A stretch of DNA of 61,909 bases, counting the filler, from Choristocarpus tenellus KU-1152 (taxonomy: Eukaryota; Protista; Phaeophyceae): assembly GCA_964200185.2 (NCBI GenBank). It is 10 parts of 10 records of this genome, joined end to end, with 100 filler letters (N's around TTAATTAATTAA, not from the genome) between each part and the next. Parts side by side here need not be neighbours in the genome. Positions count along the whole stretch, not along the records: positions 23,028 to 29,494 come from CAXNAD020008079.1; positions 29,595 to 34,269 come from CAXNAD020013506.1; positions 34,370 to 39,540 come from CAXNAD020011624.1; 7 more parts are not named here. One strand, given 5' to 3'. A model generated the notes under the pieces. The model was given only the letters and a program-made list of their open reading frames with translations. It was not told where the DNA came from and made no database searches. Of the stretch, positions 25,494 to 37,667 are shown one piece after another. The position numbers and the translations under genes are program-made. How positions within the stretch are numbered: position 1 is the first letter of the stretch; the number at the start of each line of letters is the position of its first letter.

Positions 25494-26539
25494 TAAGAAA
25501 TATTAACAAAAATAATACAAATAGTGTGTAGTATGATATTTTGTAGTAGTAGTACTGTACACTACATAATATTAATCACATACACGCGCGCACAAAAGAA
25601 AGAATTTGGGGATCGTTAAGAGACCACACTAAGTTCATTTTCTCCATCTGTATATCCACATTATCATTCTCCTTCCCTCTCCCCCTCACCATCCTCACAA
25701 TTATCCTCCATGTTCGATCTTTCAGGTTGAAGAGGGAATCCAGCTTGCTACCTCTCCTTCCAGGCAACATTCAAGTTGTACAAACCTGGGGTAATTGGTT
25801 GAAAATCTTGCACTACCACATAGACAGATATGCATTGGATGTGGTCTCATCTTTTTCAAAAACTCCATAATAAATAGAAATCCACTCACGACTAAAAAGT
25901 ACCTGACAGTAGTGTATCGATTCTATAAAGAACCCCCTACACTTTTCCGGACAATAAAATTATCATTTTCTTTGGTGCCATGATGAAAATGTGGGGATCT
26001 GTGGTGACACCCGCTTGAAAACTGGACAAAACCGGTTATGCGATTGCCTTGAGAATAGTGCACATGGGTGGAATGCGATGACAGCAAACCTCGTTTTTTC
26101 CTTCACCTCATAGATATATGAACAAGAGGTTTCCCTGAAGCCATTTCGCCTACTGAACAAATTATCACAAGACCACCCACATCATGCTTCCTGCAACAAG
26201 GATAGATGCGGTCATGACCATCTGGATAGATAGAGCGAATACCAGTCAGTCAGGGTTCAAAACTGGTCCAAATTACAAACCAATGAGAGGCCGAGAGATG
26301 ACTAAACTCAACATGAAGATCGTCCATCTTCATTCCTCCTCCATGATACTCACTATTTTCGTGTTGATGCAATACAAAAAATAATGTACCTTCTCTGCCC
26401 CAAACACAAGGACATAAGATCAGGAATAGAACTCCAGTGAATACCAGGGTTGTATACTGTGGTAACCGTTGGAGGGTGAGCGAGGCTAAACAGCAAGTTC
26501 AGCATATTGTGGAAGGGCAACATAGTCACTATCATTATA

Positions 26540-26545
<6 letters not shown>

Positions 26546-26573
<28 letters not shown>
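26546..26573. repeat. (GT)n microsatellite
   Basis: Direct reading. Confidence 0.95.
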
Positions 26574-26577
<4 letters not shown>

Positions 26578-27522
26578 CGTGCTTTGCATGCTCTATCCTC
26601 CTACCCTTTATTCTTACTACTTCAAAGTATAATGTTGCAATGAAAGAAGCAAAGGGAATAAAATACTAGACTGTGAAATGTCCACAGGTTACAGAGGATT
26701 AGAGCAATACAGTTCCAACCACAGGAGAGGTTGAAATGACACTCTTGTCACTTCCGTCTTATCTAGTAACAAACACCTAACGCAATCCAACCTGGTGAGG
26801 GGCGACTTCAACTTCCCCTTACCCACCCCCCCTGCCACATGCAGCACTACCTTTTGAATGCTGTCTTAAAATTTGTCATTTCATCTTTGTTACTTGACAG
26901 TATGACTCTGAGGTGATGCCACATAACTGAACTACAGACTTCTCATACTTCAGAACCACATCCCTGTGCTTTTCTCAATTAGGTTGCTCCCATGTTGAAA
27001 TCATCTTGCATGGCTAACTTGACCATATCATGATAATGGCCACCTCTTCAAAGCACAGACAAACCATATCATCAGCAAGAGGGAAACAGCATGCAGAGAG
27101 AGTAGAGCTCCATGTGTATGGCAGGAAGGCAAGGTAGCCCATTTCTTACTGTCAGCCAACAGATCTGATAAAACACACACACAGCACCAGTCCCCCTTCT
27201 CATTCCAGGATTGCTTCCGCTAGTTTCCAATCCAACAAGCTGACCCCAACATCATCTCAGACCATACACACATCACAGTCCATGAAACAAAACAGAGCAG
27301 ACTTCTCAACTCCTGTCCAAGCCTATCTCCATGTCACACCGACCCTACACTTGGACAAAACACCATCCCTTACCAGAGGGAAACTCAAGAAGAGAGGGTG
27401 GGCACACAATTCCTGGAGGTCAAACGGTCATTGAGAGATCAATACCATGACAAAAAGCAGAATGGGTAGGAGGTAACATTACTGCCAACCTCATCAACAA
27501 CACCACTACCCTCTCAACTGCT

Positions 27523-28990
27523 TCACTTTGTCAGGTTAGAGGCATACGAGACATTCTGCTTAGTGTCCTGTGCAAGCCTTTCACCGTAACCACTTGTACG
27601 CATCCCGCTTAGTCCCCCCTCCCCACCAACATCTCGCTGATAGACCCATCAATGGAGGGTGTGGTGAGCCAAACAGAGTACAAAAGGGGAGAAATGGGGT
27701 TGAAGGGAGCTCAGTTGGAGCAGACATACGTGTGAGACAGATATTTTTGTGCTACACCAGGCACCCCAACAGACGAGAGAGTATTAGGGTGGGTGAGCGC
27801 AATCAAATATGTGCAAAACAGTTCGATCAGGAAGAGCAAGAATATATGCGTAACATACATTTTCAAGCCTGGTGTTTCTGCAAGAGCACTAAAAACACTA
27901 TCCTAATTAATCTATCCTTCCTCTTCATCGGAGGCTGAAGGCTTCAGCCAGAAATCAAGGACAGCAGAAAGGGTTTATGGTCAACACCCTCGGGAATTTG
28001 AGGTTCTTTCCCTCTGTTAGCATTCACTTCAAACATGTAACCTGTCAGCCCTAACAAATATATCATTACAAACAGCTTGTGAATATTGATTACTAACTTA
28101 TCGCAGATCCCAAAGAGCTCCGTTTTTCCAGGCCACAATCAATCACGATCTACAACAGCCGAAGTTGAATCATATCCACGTGTAACCTTCACCATCTTCA
28201 ACAAGCACACCTCTGTCAGCACACTCTGATGAAAAGATCTACATGTTCTCGAAGAACTGAATTCCGGTTATCTTCTTCCCAAAATGTTAAAACTCCCATT
28301 TCAATTCCACCTTACAGTTACAAAAAGAAACTTCAAACCAAAGGCTGGCCAAACAAAGAAAAAAAAATACAACCGCTATATAAAGCAGGGGTGGAAAGGA
28401 AGCAAAAAATGCCCATGTACCAAAATATAAACCACAGATTATTGCTTGTGTAGTAGTACCAGCAACACATCAAAACCCCTCTCCCCCTTCCCTGTCTCAG
28501 CTTTCAAAACAAAGCTACCTCAGGTCACCACCCCCGTCTTGGATTTCAATAAACATCCGGCCACCAAATGCCTCGCTGGGGCAACCCAAATACAAAATAC
28601 CCAATCAAACACAGGACAGTTCAGAATGCACCACTCACTTCCAACACTTTACAATGTATAGCGGTGTTACACACAGTACATCACAGTATGTTTACAGTAC
28701 AAAAAAAAACCAGTATCAAATCTAATTTCAACCTGAGCGCTAATCCCGTCCAAAAATACTGTCTGCAGAAGCTGTCTTTTCCACCCTGCCCCCCCCTCCC
28801 CCTCCCCCCCCAAATCCTAAACTCTTCCCTCACCAGACTGGGCTTGGCCCACTCCAGCTTGAGAATGAGATGGTCATATCCATAGCCTTGCAATGCCTCC
28901 ATAGCCGCTTCTGCATCTTGTTGATTGTAGAAGCTCACAAATGCAAAGCCTCGGCTCTGCATCGTCTCGGGGTCTTTCGCCAGGTACGTC
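27523..28990 (-). CDS. eIF3g: Eukaryotic translation initiation factor 3 subunit G, last two exons (5' part off-contig)
   Basis: Exon 28990-28834 encodes TYLAKDPETMQSRGFAFVSFYNQQDAEAAMEALQGYGYDHLILKLEWAKPSL (RRM RNP1 RGFAFV plus the eIF3g-typical GYGYDHLIL..EWAKPS). Exon 27636-27523 encodes RDVGGEGGLSGMRTSGYGERLAQDTKQNVSYASNLTK*. Confidence 0.92.
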
Positions 28991-29406
28991 CTGATTAATG
29001 TGTCCATGAAATGAGGAGAGTGAGTGTGCTTTCGACAAACTGGGTTCTGCTTATCGCGGATGCCGTCTCCCTTTCAACACACAAAAAGAGCTCCTCGTTG
29101 TTCATCCTCTATAGACACAACCTCTGAGGCTCAATGGTTCTCGTCACATACAAACCCTCAGACCTCGAGATCACATAGAAGCAAGAAAGGGCCATTCCAC
29201 TATTCACAGGGGGGTGGAATAATAACAAGGGACCTCCTTCCTAGTTGGTGTACAAGAACCAAACCCCCTCCCATGACTGTACTACTTGACATACGAAGGC
29301 CTTTTCTGATACAAAACCTAGAGAGTGGAACTCTCTCAAGGACTCCAGTAACAAATATCGTTTCAACACTTAGCGCTATCTAAATACTAAAAAAAAATTA
29401 CACCAC

Positions 29407-29494
29407 GGGTCAAAGTATCTGGGGAGGGGGGGGGGGGGGGTCAACGTCCGTTTTCACCGTTTTTTCGATTTTGACTTTTTTGGTGTGATTTGGT
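29407..29494 (+). mobile_element. MITE family A left end (CGTCCGTTT variant), truncated by contig end
   Basis: GGGTCAAAGTATCTGGGG + poly-G. Confidence 0.8.
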
Positions 29495-29594
29495 NNNNNN
29501 NNNNNNNNNNNNNNNNNNNNNNNNNNNNNNNNNNNNNNTTAATTAATTAANNNNNNNNNNNNNNNNNNNNNNNNNNNNNNNNNNNNNNNNNNNN
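29495..29594. other. Artificial contig linker
   Basis: 44 N + TTAATTAATTAA + 44 N. Confidence 0.98.
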
Positions 29595-29627
29595 GTAGAC
29601 CCCGCCCCCCCCCAGGTACTTTGGGTC
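29595..29627 (+). mobile_element. MITE family A right end
   Basis: GTAGAC + C-run + CAGGTACTTTGGGTC. Confidence 0.8.
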
Positions 29628-30439
29628 TCGAGGGGTACCCAGGTTTTGACTGCTTCACATTTGAAGCCAACTTTTCAATCTATTACAATTGACCCGTATT
29701 TCTATAGATGAAATGCTAAGTTTACCCTGATAGCTTTGATTTATCTATCGTCTTGAAATATTTGTACTGAATACAGGAAATCTCTTATGCCCAGTTGCAA
29801 AAAAGCTGAGTTTTGTACATATTTGGAAGTATCCTAAAAATTCGACTATGGGTACCTCACGTTTTCTTCGACTCTTAGTGCATGACATTAAGCCATACCA
29901 TGAAAGAAACCATGATGGAGCCCTTCATAGTATTGACTCTGCCACTAACAACTTTTCTATAGTAGATTTTGCAGTGCGTGGACATAGGGAATTTCCAGGA
30001 ATAGTGCGTGGCCTGCACCAATAACACCCCCTCTCTCAAACCATGACATCGACTACCATAGTTAGTATACTATTTTTCCCGCAAATTTTGAAATAGCACA
30101 CTACTTCGACGTACTTCAGAGTATATAGTAATGTGGTGATTCATACGTCGAGTACAGATATTACAATGTAGCTTGGCCTTTGGTTACCCATCTTTTGTCA
30201 AGCGATCCTAAGGATGCTGACAAATGTGCAAAATCCATTTTTTTTTGTACAAATGCATTTAGAGAGACTTTTCTGTATTCTGGTGTAAATTTATAAACAA
30301 TAGAGAAATGAACGCTCTCATCAATCTTAACGCTTCATCTATAGAAACGCAGGTGAAAAATAAAATATGAAAAAATTGGATAAAGTACAAAACGACCAAA
30401 ACCTCGGTGCCTCTCTCGTTTACTTTGGCTCTGACCTTT

Positions 30440-30640
30440 AAATGTATTTCAGGATCCCAGGTGAGAAGTGGCTCTTTCTTCCAGAAGACCCAAATAGGTG
30501 ATATGAGTATGTGAAGGATGGAGAAAGCCACTCCATCGACGTCCGGCATACGAAGGAGGATCAGCTTGCCACACGAAAGTGGTCACTGTTCACCAAACCC
30601 CTAATAGCAGGATATTCCGAGAAACGCCACCCCTTCTCTC
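30440..30640 (+). mobile_element. Ty1/Copia RNase H C-terminal remnant
   Basis: EYVKDG...IDVRH.TKEDQLA ... LFTKPL resembles the Copia DQLADIFTKPL motif, interrupted. Confidence 0.5.
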
Positions 30641-31672
30641 CTTATAGCAACAATAGTCAGTAATGGTAGCGCTCTTGAAACATACCATAAATCCAGTCAC
30701 TGTGCGCGTAATTTTAGCATCCTTTCCACACTTTCTGGAGAACATGAGAAACTTTGATGTTAATCGTGATGTGCTATCCAGTTTTGATCGCATCACACAC
30801 ACTACTTGTCTCTCACCCTGCCAGCAGACCAATGAAACCATATTGAGTAGTATTCTTGAATCAAGACCTCTCTACGATACTACAGGGTCTATATTTGGAG
30901 TCAACCAGGGTTACTCACTTCTCCTTAGATGGATATACTTTGTGGGGTACAACTATTGTACAACAAGACATTTCTGTATCAAGCAATACATGCTTTGTTG
31001 TTGATGTTTCTCTCCCACAACAAAGTCTGCAGAACATCATTGGGGAAAAATAATGCGAATATATATACAATACTTACATGATAACCATGTTGTTCTGGAT
31101 GTCTGCCCTGGTTACGACGTTTTAGTCGGGAACTGGGATTTAGAACGAAAGGATAAGGATGTTTGTCACAAAGCGGTTCTGTAAGCTTTAGTCATCGTGT
31201 GGGTAGTGGAATATGAGATGGCGGCGCACATCAAGTAGAAAGAAAAGCAATTGCAATCGTACGGGCTTGGGTGTTGATAAGTGTGAGAAGGCAAGACAAA
31301 TCGGAGTTCCAATATGTAACCGATAAGATAGAATGTTTGTGTAATCCTCATGCAGATGGAGGTAGGAATCTCCCAGCAGACGGTAGACGGGCGGACACGA
31401 TACAGCACAACACAGACAACGTTAGGGACCTACCGAGAATAGTTGAAAAGGTAGTTCCAATAACTATCCTGGCGTTCTTTGCCGATTCCCTCTCATTCCG
31501 ACCCCAACCAGAAAACAGAGAGTAAGAAGATATGGAGGAAGTAATCTACCCTATGGGGTTCTTCAATGCTTGAGTTTGGAAGGGGACGGTGAAGATCAGC
31601 CCGTTTGGACCATTAATCACAGATACGCGGATTTCAACGACTGGGCGAGAGACTCACCAATTGTCCTGAGTG

Positions 31673-33585
31673 ATGGACCTGGTGGGATATCGAGTGGAGG
31701 TGTACTGGTCAGCAGAAGTTGAAGGGGAGCCTGGCGACTGGTGGGCAACCGATCGCTTTCGCAGACTCGTGCTTCTGGAGAAGAGGGAGTGCCCACAACT
31801 ACTTGTCGATAAGGGCAGCCTTTCTCAACATCAGCGCTGATTGCAGTATTGTCTACGTAGGATTTAGGGTATACGAGAGATTTGCTTCTGCTAACGCAAA
31901 AATCATTAGTCCACCCCGTCTCTCTTCAACACCAACAGCTAGACGATTCACGATGTCTGCGCCTCGATTCATTTGTAGGTACGAGGGAGTCCTGGATAGT
32001 TACGATAAGACCAGGGGTGGCTACCTTATCCTGTACGATGACGGTGACGAAGAATGGGTGGGGGAGGTGGACGGGCAGAATGTGCGTCTTCTAGACCATG
32101 CTGAGGTGTGCTTCTAAGACCGTAGTTTTTCCAACCAGCAGTTGCATTTCAGCCGTTCTTGCCACTATTATGGGTACTATCGGTAGGCACCGATAAAGCA
32201 TTATGGAATTAACACTTTCCAAGTAGCCCGTAGATACATTTGTTGTGCATAGCATGCCGTATGTTGTTGTGCTTCTTTGTTAATTTTTCGACCTCAATCA
32301 ACGAGTCGAAAGAATGCACAGCATCAATTTTCAGGGATCTCTGACACTGCTTAATTAAAGCGTTTCAAAGTAAACACTATCCTTGCCTCGGATATGAGCT
32401 TGTGTGAGAAGAAAGAAACCACTCGTGTGGGATGAAGGGGCCAATGACTTCTTTAGATCAGGAAATCGGCCGGGCCATGGATAGCACTTTTTATCAATAG
32501 TCTGCCAATACCCTGCACCATAAAAAAAATCTCACGTACATTCAAAGCAACCAGATGTCAATTTCTCCATTACTAATAATGTAAGGTCCTGCTCATTGTC
32601 TATGGCTTGTGCTGGTAATTCTAGGCATGAACAGGTATTTCAATTGAAGACCAGAGCCACGTGGCATCTGTTGCACAGGTCTTGAGTGCACAGGTTTCAC
32701 GGGGCTATGTTCCTTCTAGATGGTGGGGTATGGAATGAACTGTACTGTAAGAGACAAAAGAAGAAATTGCGCATTACAAAGATGAAGGAAGATGTCGGAT
32801 CTTGAGGATGAAATGTACCTCATTGGTTCCAAGAGGTGCATGTCATATCTTCTGATGATGTAAACGTTCCTTTTAGGATCACACCTTGTACCCTCAAATC
32901 TTGACACGAATCAAAAGATCGCTTTTGCAAATATGTTGAATGAAAAAAATCTTAGAAGACGATGTACGCGGTTGGCATTTTGTCTTTTTATTCTACTTTG
33001 TGACAAAACACTTCGCACACGAGCGTCTTGAAAGGAGGCATTCAACTTATGACCCAACAAGCAGATGATAGGATCCTTACGTGCATTTTTTACTTCAATA
33101 CCGTGGCCAAATGTCCCCTGTCCAATGTTTTTGAAAAATAGTGGGCTCAATGAAACACCAATGGTGCACGTCCGTTTGTGTCAAGGCCATAATTCCACCA
33201 GGGGAAATACCTCGTGCTGAAACCCTTGACTTCTCAGCAAAGATGCAATGGGGTAAAAAGGAGGAGAGCAGCGGAAGCGAGGGGGTAGATGTGCCTATGG
33301 GGGCATCCAAGGATACCCTGGAGGCCACCAGGGACGAGAGGGAACCGAAGCAAGAGGTTCATGACGAAAACAATATATTTGGAATTGAACCTAATGGTGC
33401 AAAGGGCAGGGGATGGGCCAGGGGGGAAGAAGCTTGGACAGAAAGAGATGGCAAAGGTATCAGCAATCATCCTGATGGTCAAATTGGGGGTGGGATGATT
33501 TGTGGAGAGGAGTACCAGACATGCCCAGGAGCTGAGAATAGAGATCTGGGCTCGGAAGGGGGACAAGAGAGGCGGGATGATGACG
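31673..33585 (+). CDS. Tudor-domain protein, 5' part
   Basis: Exons 31673-31740 and 31979-32105 join to MDLVGYRVEVYWSAEVEGEPGDWYEGVLDSYDKTRGGYLILYDDGDEEWV, a Tudor pattern (LVG.RV.V.W...WY.G....YD......YDDGD.EW). A probable acidic low-complexity exon lies at ~33238-33585. The linking exon is unresolved. Confidence 0.7.
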
Positions 33586-34192
33586 GTAGGAGAGGCTTGA
33601 GCTGGGAACTAACCCTAACCCTAAACTTCGTTGTGAATGGCTTGTTTCGACTAGTGATTGTGTGATTGACTCCAGTTCTATTCTATGGGGTAGTTTCCTA
33701 CACATTTTTTTCTTGTTGGGGGGGGGCATTACTTGTGGGGTAACCATTGCTTGACTATTGAACTGGGCTTGTTAAGGTTGGGTACAGACCCACATGTATG
33801 AGGGTTAGACATCTTAACAGTCCAAGTGTAGCTGGTTCGATACACGAAACTGAGATATCGACCAGCCAAATAGGAATTGTGTAATGAACAAGACAAAAAA
33901 AGTTCAAGGACTTCCTGTTCTTAATTCCTACACAGATCCCGAGGTATGCAGAGCTCTAGTAGAAATTTATATGGCATGAATACCACACATATGTTGCCCT
34001 TCCGTCATACTTCCTCCAAGGATGATTCTCCTGCTCTGCCGGCCTTGTCTTAGGCTCTACTCATTTCCCTCAACTCAACTATACTTTTGCCTTTGCCTTC
34101 TCTGCCGAGTCTCTGATCGGGGCCTTGACCATTTTGTTCAACCTGGCCCCTAGTCTTGACCATGCATGGATGTGGCCTCGCACACGACATAT

Positions 34193-34269
34193 GACCCAAA
34201 GTATCTGGGAGGGGGGGGGGGGGCTACACCAGGGTGGCCATTCGGACCAAAATCGGGAAAAGTGCTTTT
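34193..34269 (-). mobile_element. MITE family A right end, reverse orientation, truncated by contig end
   Basis: GACCCAAAGTATCTGGGA + G-run + CTACACCAGGGTG. Confidence 0.85.
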
Positions 34270-34369
34270 NNNNNNNNNNNNNNNNNNNNNNNNNNNNNNN
34301 NNNNNNNNNNNNNTTAATTAATTAANNNNNNNNNNNNNNNNNNNNNNNNNNNNNNNNNNNNNNNNNNNN
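34270..34369. other. Artificial contig linker
   Basis: 44 N + TTAATTAATTAA + 44 N. Confidence 0.98.
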
Positions 34370-37216
34370 GACTCATGCCTTGCGCGAAGGGCCTCACCGG
34401 ACTCCATTGCCTCTGCAGACAACATGCCTGGGACCCTCCTGGAGCAGACACCTGATCCTGTTCCCGCTGTTCTCGAGGTAGAGCTGGTTGAAGCACGTTT
34501 GGAGGACTTTTGGAGGGTTTCACGGACCCTGATAGGCATGCCTGTGGTGGAATACCTCCTCTTGCCACGTGGGCTCCGGTGCATTGATGTCTATTTACCC
34601 ACGGGGCGGGAGGAAGTATGTCATTGGGTAGGGGCCGGTGGGGGGTACGGGAGAGAGAGCATTGGATTGTTTACGGGCATTTTCTTGTCTTGTCTTGTCT
34701 TGTCTTATCCTCTTCTGTTCTGTTCTGTTCTGTTCTGTTCTGTTCGGGGTTTGAAGTATGATGTACTGAAAGGCAATCAAACAAACACAACTGGGTTATT
34801 TGATTTCTTAGAAATTTTTCAAGCAGTTAGTAGATTCACCCATGACAAAAGAGGGTACAGAAGTATGACGACTGTACATCCAAGTGTATCAACACCCTGG
34901 AATTACACAAAGTACTGTGTACTAGGAACGTAAACTCCTACGACAGTGAAAGACCAGAAGTCATCCTCTCATTCCCACGAAGACAATCACTCTAAAACCC
35001 CCTGAACAACAACTACCACCCTCTAATCCCCCGAACATGCACCCCAACGCTAGCCTCTCCATTACCCCGCCTGCCTGGCTCATACCAACTTCCTGAACCC
35101 AAGCCGCGATTGCCGCCCACTCTCCCCTACATTGCCCCTTGAAGTGTCTCCAGGGCACCATGCTGTCCTTGCCAGGTCTTCAGCTCTTGTCAAGCATGCG
35201 CCTATCCCACCTCCCCCCTTGCCTCCACCTTCATCTCCACCCCCACTCCCCCCTGCCCCAGCCCTGTTAATGCGGACAGAAGACCCAGCGCGCTTCACCC
35301 CATCCCGCGATCCATTTGGCAGAACTCCTGGCCAAGATTGGTAGAGGATATAAATAAAGCCGGTGTGTGTGTGTGTGTGTGTGTGTTGGGGGTGGGGGGT
35401 GGGGTGGGGGTAATGACTGGATTCGAGATGGATAAAGAGGATGTATCACGACGTATCAAATTGTAACAGCCATCTAGCACTTACAAAAACCTGTAATAAA
35501 AGCCCACAACTAAGGCAAGTCCTGGTAAAAGGGGGCAACAATCGGGGACAAGCAATCTCCAGCAGAATCGCCCAGATAGGAAGTGAAAACGAAGTACAAG
35601 GTGTGGATTAATGAGCAGGGAACTGACCCGTTGCTTGTGTAGCAGCTACTGACTCTGGGGCAAACAGGACACCTTTTCATCTCTCCTGGCAAAGTGCGGA
35701 TGATGAAAGGGTTCAAAATATTGTATTTCTTGGATGGTATCCTATTGGCCACTATGGTTAGCATATGATGGCCTCAACAAGCCAGTAATTTCGTGTTTTA
35801 ACCTCCTTTGAGCTCTTGGATCTCTCTTGTAGTTGCAAGTACTTCTAACATCCTTCAATATTGGTGAGAATGAGGGTCAACTGTAAATACCAACTTGGAG
35901 TATAGTTTGAGTCGAAAAACGCACCATAGATGTCAAATCATAGGCAACAGTCCCCTCTATGGGCTTGCAACAACCCCCAAGAAGCAGACTGTTGAAAAAT
36001 AAAAATTTCAATGCTGAGAGCAAACATCAAGATCGAGGTGATAACATGACCCAAGCCATATTTCAAGACTGTAATGACAACCATCCGACCACATCTGGAG
36101 CCTAAGAATTTTGTGGATGAGAGTTGGGCAAGGAGACAGAAACTGTTATTGTATCCTTCGTTTTTGTGGGCAGCTGTTATGACCGCCATCCTTTCACATA
36201 TTGGAGTTTTTAGAGACGTTATCTTATTCCTCCCCTCTCCCCTCTCCCTTCCCTTCCCATCCCATCCCACCTGCCCCCTCAGAGAAACCCTGCCAGAAGC
36301 GATCAGCAAAGATGGTCTTAAGGGTGAGCAGCTTCCGGAAGTATGCACAACAGGTGACGACCGTTCTTTGGAAAATGTCCAGATCTACGGCTCTGCCAAA
36401 CTCAAGTCTGAATGTCTTGCGACGCGTTCCTGTGTGGGGTGGGGTGGATGAGTATCTGAGGCAGAACTAAACGTGTGCACGTGTACTTGCGGGTGCTTCG
36501 TGTTTAAGTGAGTGTGCAGGCGAGGCAAGGTTATGATGGCTGGATAGGGTGCATCGGTGGGATACGTAGAGAGACCCCTGCGTGCGAGTGTGCATATGTT
36601 TGAGATATTTTCAGGGTTAAGCCTCACCGACCAGTGCAGCAAGATCTTTTCCACATAATTTTAACTCCACCATGTCATCCATCACGAGATCGCACATAAG
36701 AGGCCCAGATTCCCAAGGCCCTGCCCCTCCCCCCAAACCCTTTGTGTATTCCTCGGGTCTCCCGTGTACAGCAAGCACGATCAGTCCACTTTCACACGGA
36801 TGGAAGGACACTAGTACCTCGACCTTCATATCAATTTGAGGAAGGGAGTTGGTGATGCAGTTGGTGGGATTGGAAATTCTCTAAATTAGGAGGGTGCACA
36901 ATGAAGTTGTCTTAAACGCATAGAATCGCAAGGTGGCGAGGTTACAATCCTTGAGACATCAGCAATAGCGATGATACCAGAAGGTCATAGGATAACTCAC
37001 CCTTCATGAGACCTCTAATGTGGCTCAGCATGTGTTACTCTTAATCAACTGGAGATACAACTCGAGGAAGTTGATGTGAATGTCAATACCTTTCTTGAAG
37101 ATTGATTGTCCATTCCTTGGTGCCCTTCTTTGCCCAAGTTTACATTCCACTGCTGAAAAAGGGCTCTCAGGGCACCGCGATCGCGACTGGTTACGTCCAT
37201 TGCCCCATTCAGGCAA
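34370..37216 (-). CDS. Putative multi-exon gene of unknown function (partial, exon phases not fully resolved)
   Basis: GC-rich open segments with splice signals at ~36825-36628 (VEVLVSFHPCESGLIVLAVHG...), ~36405-36271 (VDLDIFQRTVVTCCAYFRKLLTLKTIFADRFW), ~35327-35086 (Gly-rich) and ~34590-34370. Confidence 0.45.
34683..34745. repeat. (TCTTG)n/(TTCTG)n microsatellite
   Basis: Direct reading. Confidence 0.9.
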
Positions 37217-37667
37217 TGTGTCGAATATTATAGGTTTGAAAAAAACAATCCGGCCTAGTAGGGAATTTGGGGTGTGGCCCCTCGTTATACTGGAACGAAC
37301 AAGATCTGACTTTCCCCTGTCAGGATATGATAGGGAAGGAATTTTTGAGGTAGAAGTATAGTCCTGTGTTCCCGCTACTTTCCTCGTACTTGGTGTGTTA
37401 GCAGTGAAGAGGGGGTGGAAAGACGTCGTTGTCCTAACACTGTATAACCATCCTATGTTCCACAGCGTTTTTTGCGCTCTGGGGCGCCAAGATTGTATTT
37501 GTATTTAGTACAATAGAATCATAGTGTTATAGTATTGATTACATCGCATACTATCAACATCGTGGAATGGACATTGGACATAGACTTCAACAGTCTATCA
37601 CACCTTTTGGAGAGAACTCAACTGCACTTACCAGAGGTCTGCTACCGCCCTACTACATGCCACGATA

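Noticed and set aside
25576-26440. Possible transposase or integrase remnant
   Set aside because: No recognisable motif in the minus-strand frames I translated or in the listed ORFs.
29407-29627. A single MITE spanning the linker, implying true contig adjacency (also 59204-59395)
   Set aside because: The flanks show no matching TSD, and at 22927/23028 the two halves overlap with different sequence, so adjacency cannot be inferred.
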